A DNA stretch of 59,578 nt from Patescibacteria group bacterium. GTDB lineage: Bacteria > Patescibacteriota > Gracilibacteria > UBA1369. The translations under genes were made by a program, and so were the position numbers. This document shows, piece after piece, positions 52,444-59,578 of the stretch. The DNA lies in NCBI GenBank assembly GCA_018825335.1, contig JAHJEW010000051.1:1-59578 (forward strand), read 5' to 3'. The number at the start of each line of letters is the position of its first letter. Positions within the stretch are counted from its first letter, which is position 1. The notes under the pieces are model-generated. The model was given only the letters and a program-made list of their open reading frames with translations. It had not been told where the DNA came from and made no database searches.

Positions 52444-52651
52444 ATGCGCTTCGCATAAAGAAACCTCTTAAGAATTTCTTAAGAATTCTCTCTCAATTAT
52501 CTCTCCCAAGCCTATATAAAAGGCTTTAAATTAATAAATTTATACTTAAATTTAACAAGGCTACACGCGAAATTATTATTGCGGTATGCCACCTGATATA
52601 GATATTCATTTGTCTATTAATTCATAATATCCCTTAATCCAACTTTGTTTT

Positions 52652-55600
52652 ATGAACATTGTTAGAAATGTTCGTCGGCAAGTGGCTGGCTTTAGCCTCG
52701 CGACCTTGATTGCAAGTTTCTTTGCGATCGGCGTGGCTCAGGCTCAGACCTTCCCTGACGTATCACCGGACAGCTGGTACTACACATATGTGGAACAGCT
52801 GGTCGTAGATGAGGTTGTAAACGGTTCTATGGACCTTTACCGCCCCGCAGATAATGTAAATCGTGCTGAAATGACGAAACTCGTCGATGAAGCATTCGAT
52901 ATCACGCTCGTAGATCCGGACACGGCAACATTCAAAGATGTTGCAAAAGATGCCTGGTACTACACTTATGTAGAAACAGCAGCAGCAAACGGTGTTGTTG
53001 GCGGTTACAAGGACGGTGACGGTACTCTTACCGGTTACTTTGGTCCCGGCGATGACGTAACACGTGAACAGGCAGCCAAGATGATCGTTCTTGGAGCCCC
53101 AATGGCAACAAACACGGTTTGCGGCCCGACATTTACCGATGTGCCAGTATCGTCATGGGCCTACTCTTATGTAGAAACTCTCTACGCAAACTCTGTAATT
53201 GACGGATACACAGACGGCTCATTCGGCCCGACAAACAAAATTAACCGCGCTGAAGTTGCAAAGATTGTTTCCAACGGCATGAATCCCGTGCTGCGACCTT
53301 GCGGCGGATTCAATGTTGATGACGCAACCGCAACCAGCGAAACAACGGTTGAAGTTTGCTTCAACGCCGAATACGACGAAACAAGCGCAATGCTTGCTGA
53401 AAACTACAGCATTACGGATCTCGACAGCGCAGAACTCGCGGTAGAATCCGTAGCGGCTACATCCGACCCGATGTGCGTGGAACTTACTACAGATGCTCAG
53501 GTATCTGGTACGAACTACGACCTTTTGGTCAGCAATGTAACTTCCGCTGACGCTCTTGAACTTGGAATTAACGACACTTCATTCACCGGATACACCGAAG
53601 GCGCGCTTGGCACGGGTGATATTACCGTTGAACTGAACGCCGCTTCTCCAAGCGGAGTGACTCTGCCTTCCGGCGCCACTTCCGTGAAAATGGTTTCATG
53701 GAACTTCACGGCGGGCGACGAAGACGCTGTACTGCACTCTCTGCAGGTACACAGATTTGGAGTTTCCGCGCTTCCGGGTGACCACCAGGTTTATCTTTAC
53801 AATGGAAGTGACAGACTTACATCCGGTAAAGCTGTAAACGGAACTACAAACCTTGCGTCTTTCAACAACATTAACGTTGAAATTGCCGCAGGCAAGACCG
53901 AAACTCTTACACTGCGCATGGACACGGGTACGGTTGCTGCATCAGGTGAAGTGGGCTTCGAAATCGTAAACGCAGACGCAGTAGATGCTGACGCGGGTGC
54001 GGCAATGGGAGACTTCCCTGTAAAAGGTGATCTCTTCGGCCTTTCCACAACGGCAGCCGGAACAATCACAATTGAAAAGAACGGAACAATCACAAATCCG
54101 AAAGTTGGTGAAGACGACGTAACGATTGCAAAATTCAAGGCAACAACCGCAACTGAAGCGGCAAGCCTTGAACAAATGAATGTTTATATCACGGGATCAG
54201 TTACATCGGATTCAATTGAAAACCTTGAACTCTATGTCTCGGGTAAAACAGATCCTATTGCTACGGCAGACGGTTTGAACAGCAATGACCTTGCTACGTT
54301 CGTAATCGATCCTCCATACGCAATCGCCAAGGGTGACACAAAGAGCTTTACAGTTAAAGCCGACTTCAACACAGGTCGAAGCGGTGACACCGTAAACGTT
54401 TACTTTGATGAAACAACTGACGTACTGGCAATTGGTGGAACATACGGATTCGGCATGACGGTCGATCTGGATAACGCAGGTGGCTACGACGGTACAACCT
54501 GTACCGCTGCAGGCGGATACTTAGACTGTTCCAATTCAGCACTTGAAGGTGGTGATATAACCATTTCTTCCAGTGGTCCATCCGCTACCGATGTTGCAAT
54601 CGCTGGTGATGATGTTCACCTTCTTGATTTCACCATCGCAACGGTATCTAACGTAACATTCAAGAACTTCCCGATTTCACTTACGGCTTCCGAATCTGCA
54701 GATACGACAGAAGGTCTCTTGAACGCTACCGCATCCAACTTGACGGATATTAAGGTAATCGACAGAGACACAGGTGAAACACTTTGGGGTCCTGTTGATT
54801 CCAACGTATTAACTACTGCTCTTGGTGGCGCTACAGCCATTACGGAAGCAGCCGGAGACAACGCACAGTCATGGTATCTGTTCACCGACGAAATCGACTT
54901 CGATGCAGGTGGAGAAAAAAATCTTGCTATTACGGCCGACGTTGCTAACACAGCTACTCTGGATGCAATGACAGTTGTTGCAACCATCGCGACAGCAGAC
55001 AGCGGCACCAGCTATCCGGAAGTAAGAGACGTTAACAACAAGGTTGTAACGAACACCACTTCATTTGTACCAAACACACCAATTGTAGGTAAGACAATGA
55101 CAGTAAGCAGCCCATCTTTGGCTCTTACAACAGCTGCCGTTCCTGTCGCCAATACGGTATATGTAAAGGGACAGAAAGCTGTTAAGTTTATTGGTGTAAA
55201 CGCCGCTTGCGGCTCTGCATCTGACTGTCTGGTTACAGACGCAGCTCTTACTGGATTGATCGATGGTGAAGGTGATAACAATGACTACACTGCCGGAGCA
55301 GATGCCGTTGGCAGTACAGTTAGCTTGAACGCAATTGTGGGTAGCGTATGGCTTGTTGACAGCGAAGATAATGTTGTCGCAACCTCAAAGAGCATTCAAA
55401 GCACCGGTGCGGTTACCTTCGATAACATGGCCTGGACTCTTGATGCCGGTTCATCAGAGGTATTCTACGTTGTAGGAGATGTTTCATCTTCCGCATTCGC
55501 AGGTGCCGATGGTGAAAACATAGGATTCTCTGTAGCTGCAGCGGGTCTTTCATACGAAGATGATGACGGAAACAGCCGCACATCCACGGGAGTGATAAAT

Positions 55601-57538
55601 GCCGAAGCAGGACTGGATGCCGGAACCGGAACCTACATGAGCATCTCCGGTGGCGGTTCATTAACAATAGCTGTTGATGGAGCTACTCCACTTGAAGATA
55701 TTATGGTTGCAGGTACTTCCAGCAATCTGGTGTCTAAGTTCAAATTCACTACAACTGACGAAGCATTCCTTGTTAAGAAGCTTTCAATTAACGCAAGGCA
55801 ATCAGCTGCCACTACAGCAGCGTTGGGTAATTACGACAACAACATAACCTCCATTAAAATTGAATACACCAACAGCCTTGGAGAAACTGAAAGTAAGACT
55901 TCAAGTATTACAAGTGGTATTGCAAACTTCTCCGGAATGGATATGTTGGTAGACAAAGATGATGATGCTGTACTTAATGTATATGCAACACTAAACACAA
56001 TTTCCGGTGGAGCAACCGCTGGTGAATTCGTTGACCTTAATGTCGCATTCAACCAGTTCGAAGCTGTTGCACAGGCAAGTGGCGAAACATACAAAGGAGA
56101 CAAAATTGACTCCGATGTGTTAGCTGCTTCCGATCTTGATTTCGGAACAATCACATGGACTAATAATGCGCAAAATATAAACCTTGCCGTAGCAGCATTG
56201 GCTGGGCTGGGCTCTGCACAAACAATCTTGGTAGATGATGGCGCTGCAGGAGATCCTGAGAACCTACCGGTAGGAACATTGCTTTGCGTAAGCGCTGATA
56301 CAACCTGTGATCAGACAGCCGAATCAGTAATGGTTGTAACCGGATGGACGAACGCAGCCGCTTGGACTGATGGAGTAACTGGTGATTCTGTTACTACTCT
56401 GGTACTAAACAATGATGACGCTGCATTCGCAAATGACGATAACATCGTCTACGCATTACCAGGTTCCGGATATCTAACAAACGCCAACATGGCGCATGTA
56501 TACGAATCCAAACTTGGTATCGCGCTTGACGCTTCAAGTCCATCTGGAGCTAGACCCGCAAAAGATGGCGACTTGCCATTCGTCTTCAATCTATCTGAAA
56601 CAGGTGGTAAGGAAAAAGTACAGCTACGTGCTGGACAGGATGTGACAGCAACTGCAGCGGCAGGTGTTGGCGCAGTTTGTACACCTTTAGCTGTTACTAC
56701 TGTAGGAAACCAGCTGGATGGTTCAGGCTATATTTGTACGGAAGCTGGTAATGCTGATGGTGATACATTCACATTCAGCACAACCGGTAGTGACTTGAGC
56801 AATTACGCTCGTGTTAACTTCTGGTTCAAATACACAGCCGTTGCTGGTGTCGCTCCACTTTGGGCAGACCTCGCAATTGGATCAGCTGATGATGCTACTG
56901 CCGTAGATCAAAGAACAGCATTTACGCAGACAGCTTGTGGAGCCGATGGTACAACCGCTGTGACTACAGAATGGTACAATTGTGACCTAGTAATGCCAGT
57001 AGGTACAGCAGCTCTAGATGACACTCTGCACTTCGAGTTTGTTGACAATACAACACGATTGGCTGCAACCGACACGATCCATATTGATCAAGTTAAGGTT
57101 TACAACGAAAGCCTTGTTATAGATGTTACAACCGACCTAACTGATGTGGATACATACGCTACCAACACAGAAAACGTGGGTGCGCCTGTTGAGGCATTGT
57201 TGAAAGACGGAGGATCCACAAAAGCCACCGGTTACTGGAGCACGTTAACAAACGGTGTTGCGACAACAAATTCGGCCTTTGTAAGATTCATTCCGACAAC
57301 AGAGATTGAAGTGGCCAAGGGCGGTTCAAAGACTTTGACTCTTGAGACCAATACATCGACTCTGCTTAATGAAGACGACAATGTAAACGATAACGTAACC
57401 TTCTCAATCGGCCTTGGAACATCTTCCGAAGGTACTGTAACTGCAGGAGATATTAGATGGTTCGAAACCAATGCTATTGTTCAATGGCTTGGTTCCGTAA
57501 CAAACTCAACCTTCAGCAGCAACACTCTCACATACTAA
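52652..57538 (+). CDS. giant S-layer-type surface protein with three N-terminal SLH domains
   Basis: Signal peptide (LATLIASFFAIGVAQA). Three SLH repeats (FPDVSPDSWYYTYVEQL.., FKDVAKDAWYYTYVETAAANGVVGGY.., FTDVPVSSWAYSYVETLYANSVIDGYTDGSFGP..INRAEVAKIV). About 1400 aa of Thr/Ala/Gly/Asp/Val-rich sequence follows. Confidence 0.9.
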   Translation: MNIVRNVRRQVAGFSLATLIASFFAIGVAQAQTFPDVSPDSWYYTYVEQLVVDEVVNGSMDLYRPADNVNRAEMTKLVDEAFDITLVDPDTATFKDVAKDAWYYTYVETAAANGVVGGYKDGDGTLTGYFGPGDDVTREQAAKMIVLGAPMATNTVCGPTFTDVPVSSWAYSYVETLYANSVIDGYTDGSFGPTNKINRAEVAKIVSNGMNPVLRPCGGFNVDDATATSETTVEVCFNAEYDETSAMLAENYSITDLDSAELAVESVAATSDPMCVELTTDAQVSGTNYDLLVSNVTSADALELGINDTSFTGYTEGALGTGDITVELNAASPSGVTLPSGATSVKMVSWNFTAGDEDAVLHSLQVHRFGVSALPGDHQVYLYNGSDRLTSGKAVNGTTNLASFNNINVEIAAGKTETLTLRMDTGTVAASGEVGFEIVNADAVDADAGAAMGDFPVKGDLFGLSTTAAGTITIEKNGTITNPKVGEDDVTIAKFKATTATEAASLEQMNVYITGSVTSDSIENLELYVSGKTDPIATADGLNSNDLATFVIDPPYAIAKGDTKSFTVKADFNTGRSGDTVNVYFDETTDVLAIGGTYGFGMTVDLDNAGGYDGTTCTAAGGYLDCSNSALEGGDITISSSGPSATDVAIAGDDVHLLDFTIATVSNVTFKNFPISLTASESADTTEGLLNATASNLTDIKVIDRDTGETLWGPVDSNVLTTALGGATAITEAAGDNAQSWYLFTDEIDFDAGGEKNLAITADVANTATLDAMTVVATIATADSGTSYPEVRDVNNKVVTNTTSFVPNTPIVGKTMTVSSPSLALTTAAVPVANTVYVKGQKAVKFIGVNAACGSASDCLVTDAALTGLIDGEGDNNDYTAGADAVGSTVSLNAIVGSVWLVDSEDNVVATSKSIQSTGAVTFDNMAWTLDAGSSEVFYVVGDVSSSAFAGADGENIGFSVAAAGLSYEDDDGNSRTSTGVINAEAGLDAGTGTYMSISGGGSLTIAVDGATPLEDIMVAGTSSNLVSKFKFTTTDEAFLVKKLSINARQSAATTAALGNYDNNITSIKIEYTNSLGETESKTSSITSGIANFSGMDMLVDKDDDAVLNVYATLNTISGGATAGEFVDLNVAFNQFEAVAQASGETYKGDKIDSDVLAASDLDFGTITWTNNAQNINLAVAALAGLGSAQTILVDDGAAGDPENLPVGTLLCVSADTTCDQTAESVMVVTGWTNAAAWTDGVTGDSVTTLVLNNDDAAFANDDNIVYALPGSGYLTNANMAHVYESKLGIALDASSPSGARPAKDGDLPFVFNLSETGGKEKVQLRAGQDVTATAAAGVGAVCTPLAVTTVGNQLDGSGYICTEAGNADGDTFTFSTTGSDLSNYARVNFWFKYTAVAGVAPLWADLAIGSADDATAVDQRTAFTQTACGADGTTAVTTEWYNCDLVMPVGTAALDDTLHFEFVDNTTRLAATDTIHIDQVKVYNESLVIDVTTDLTDVDTYATNTENVGAPVEALLKDGGSTKATGYWSTLTNGVATTNSAFVRFIPTTEIEVAKGGSKTLTLETNTSTLLNEDDNVNDNVTFSIGLGTSSEGTVTAGDIRWFETNAIVQWLGSVTNSTFSSNTLTY

Positions 57539-57583
57539 TTGTTAGTTATTGAAGAGTTACGCTCGAACAGAGTAAAGAAAAAA

Positions 57584-57611
57584 CCCCCGCTGAAAAGCGG
57601 GGGTTTTTTTT
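57584..57611 (+). terminator. Rho-independent terminator of the S-layer gene
   Basis: Stem cccccgc (57584-57590), loop tgaaaa, stem gcggggg (57597-57603), then eight T. Confidence 0.85.
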
Positions 57612-57659
57612 ATTGTCCAAGTTCACTATAATGCAAACAAAAACATTAATATTTATTAC

Positions 57660-58217
57660 ATGAAAAACGCAAAGCCAATTGGAATAATTATTGCCATAAC
57701 GCTCTTATTTCTATCTTCCTGCTCCGACGGTAAATGGAATAACCCAGATCCGAATATGCCTGAAGATGTAAGATCAAACCACGAAACTTTGCTGCAAAAG
57801 AGTCAGGAGGAGCTAAATCAGGATCCATCCAATATAGATGCCCAATTTGAGGTAGCTTTCAGATATCATCAACTTGGCGACTATAAAAACGCGGTCAGCG
57901 AATATAAAAAGGTTCTTGAGCTGGCACCGCACCATTTTGCAGCAACGAACAACCTTGCCGACATATATGAACAGGTAAAAGAGTACGACAACGCTGCAAA
58001 ATATATTATGGAACTTTATAGCTACAATTCGGACAGTACGGAAGTATTAAGAGATACCGTGAGGATCTTGCTGGAAGCAAATATGCCGGATCAGGCGCAG
58101 CAGGCTTTGGAAAACTTTGTAAAATTAACAAAAGAAAATGTTACGCCAGAACTGCGCACACTTATTAGCGACCTTTATGAATCCATATACAATTACAACC
58201 AAAAACATGCGAAATAA
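57660..58217 (+). CDS. TPR-repeat lipoprotein
   Basis: Lipobox-like LFLSSC after an N-terminal hydrophobic segment. TPR-like repeats (AFRYHQLGDYKNAVSEYKKVLELAP, LADIYEQVKEYDNAAKY). Confidence 0.7.
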   Translation: MKNAKPIGIIIAITLLFLSSCSDGKWNNPDPNMPEDVRSNHETLLQKSQEELNQDPSNIDAQFEVAFRYHQLGDYKNAVSEYKKVLELAPHHFAATNNLADIYEQVKEYDNAAKYIMELYSYNSDSTEVLRDTVRILLEANMPDQAQQALENFVKLTKENVTPELRTLISDLYESIYNYNQKHAK

Positions 58218-59578
58218 AGCAATCATCGCTGCAGTTCTTCTTGTCTTTGGACAACCCGCGTTGGCATTTGCAAGCCCTGTGTTTACCGCGTACGACAATC
58301 AGACTTTTAGTCAAAATGCCACGTATCAGCAGCTCGTCACAATAACCGTTACAGAAGACCAGGATGGGGGCTACATAAAGGCGGGTTCAATAAAACTGCA
58401 TATCCCGGATGAACTGGCAATGATTTTTGAAACCGAAAATACGAGCAAAGATGTTGTACTTTCCGGGACGGCTGTAACAAATGGCAGGACAGAGCAAAAG
58501 CCTGCAGTTACGTTTGAAAATAAAGATAAAACGCTTGCAATTCCAGTTGTGGAAGATTTTGCGTCCGGCGAGAGTATGACAATAAATTCTGTTTACGTGG
58601 AAGGATTCCATGCATCCCCGGGCCAATCATACAGCCTGTATTTCACAGTGAACGATGGAACTGAAAAATACTTCAGCAATAAATATGTGTACATACAACC
58701 GAGCAATTATGAAGATACCAATGTGCCTGACAAGCCAACAAACATTGCAGTTTCCGACACAACGGGAGGCGTAAAACTTTCCTGGACAGACCCCACCGAC
58801 CTTGATTTACAGCAGATACATATATTGAGGGGATTAAACAATCTGCCTGTTGATGCCGGTAATCCAATAGTTGCGGTGGCGGGTGTACAGGAATATACAG
58901 ATACAAACGTAAATGAGGGCGACACGGTAAAATACATTTTAAGAGCATCTGACGGCAAAAACGTAAGCGAAAACACCAACGAAATTCAGTTCGTTGTTGG
59001 ATCCGGAAGTACAGCGCCCGCGGAGGAGCCGACCGAAGAGATGACGCCGCCTGCCGAGGAACCAACCGAAGAAGCGGCACCTGCAGAAGAAACACCCGCA
59101 GCGGAAGAATCACAGTATTGCGCAGGATTCACAGACATCCCCGCAGAGGACTCACATTGCGCGGTCATTACCTATGTATCGGACAACGGCATTTTTGAAG
59201 GTTACGATGACGGTACTTTCAAAGCCGACGCGGTTATTAATCGTGCTGAAGCTCTGAAAGTTATTGTTGAAGGGCTGGGACTCACTTTGTTGGAAGACGA
59301 TGGAACGGACCTTGGATTCAGTGATGTGCAAAAGGGCGCCTGGTATATGCCTTATTTGAAGACGGCAAAAGAGGCCGGCATTATTGAGGGTTATCCGGAT
59401 GGCACATTTAAACCGGAACAAAGGGTCAATTACGTGGAAATGATGAAGATGTTCCTGCTGGCCGCCGGAGCACAGTTACCCGAAGTTGCAGTAGACGCGG
59501 CTTGGTATCAGCCATATGTTCATTACGCAATAGCCAATGACCTGGTTGAATATCAGGATCTTGCGGCGGGTATGAAAC
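58207..59578 (+). CDS. secreted FN3-like plus SLH-domain protein (3' end outside window; not in the supplied ORF track)
   Basis: My manual translation from the ATG at 58207 stays open to the window end. It reads MRNKAIIAAVLLVFGQPALAFA (signal), PDKPTNIAVSDTTGGVKLSWTDP (FN3-like), a Pro/Glu/Thr linker, then SLH repeats (FTDIPAEDSHCAVITYVSDNGIFEGYDDGTFKADAVINRAEALKVIV and FSDVQKGAWYMPYLKTAKEAGIIEGYPDGTFKP). It overlaps the TPR gene stop by 11 nt. Confidence 0.8.
   Translation, partial: MRNKAIIAAVLLVFGQPALAFASPVFTAYDNQTFSQNATYQQLVTITVTEDQDGGYIKAGSIKLHIPDELAMIFETENTSKDVVLSGTAVTNGRTEQKPAVTFENKDKTLAIPVVEDFASGESMTINSVYVEGFHASPGQSYSLYFTVNDGTEKYFSNKYVYIQPSNYEDTNVPDKPTNIAVSDTTGGVKLSWTDPTDLDLQQIHILRGLNNLPVDAGNPIVAVAGVQEYTDTNVNEGDTVKYILRASDGKNVSENTNEIQFVVGSGSTAPAEEPTEEMTPPAEEPTEEAAPAEETPAAEESQYCAGFTDIPAEDSHCAVITYVSDNGIFEGYDDGTFKADAVINRAEALKVIVEGLGLTLLEDDGTDLGFSDVQKGAWYMPYLKTAKEAGIIEGYPDGTFKPEQRVNYVEMMKMFLLAAGAQLPEVAVDAAWYQPYVHYAIANDLVEYQDLAAGMK

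Noticed and set aside
1-59578. Alternative genetic code (UGA recoding, as in some uncultivated lineages)
   Set aside because: Conserved family members and housekeeping genes terminate cleanly at TGA, TAA and TAG at the expected protein ends. One example is the TGA at 486-488 right after the family tail. I saw no in-frame TGA interrupting recognisable domains.

Overview
This is a 59.6-kb bacterial window that uses the standard genetic code. Genes are tightly packed, with many 1-14 nt overlaps. The left ~24 kb looks like an accessory region. It is dominated by nine paralogs of a very cysteine-rich protein with no signal peptide, about 540-560 aa in canonical copies. Each copy has a zinc-ribbon-like module at both ends and two internal blocks of CxxC repeats. 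Copy 1 is cut by the window edge, five copies lie head to tail, and two minus-strand copies are divergent. I do not recognise this family as characterised. Between the paralogs lie two type II toxin-antitoxin pairs, an AT-rich insert, a 686-aa membrane protein coupled to a TrmB-like regulator, a recurring 15-nt palindromic hairpin at gene boundaries, and a 69-nt tRNA-like or tmRNA-TLD-like element with a G3:U70 pair and an encoded CCA. An orphan VirD4/TraD-like ATPase gene follows the array. The right ~35 kb is mostly housekeeping: dGTPase-like, nrdR, an L,D-transpeptidase, pcrA, a GT4 glycosyltransferase, nadK, ppdK, gdh, an aminotransferase, dnaJ, tRNA-Lys and tRNA-Glu. It also carries a co-directional envelope cluster (HTH protein, PBP1C, ECF sigma factor and a 2119-aa thioester alpha-2-macroglobulin with an N-terminal cytoplasmic and transmembrane extension). 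An S-layer locus follows, with a 1628-aa SLH protein, a TPR lipoprotein and an FN3/SLH protein that runs off the window and is missing from the ORF track. The lineage cannot be established from sequence alone. The gene content is loosely reminiscent of uncultivated small-genome bacteria, which is speculation. All product calls rest on motifs I recognised by eye; no database search was run.
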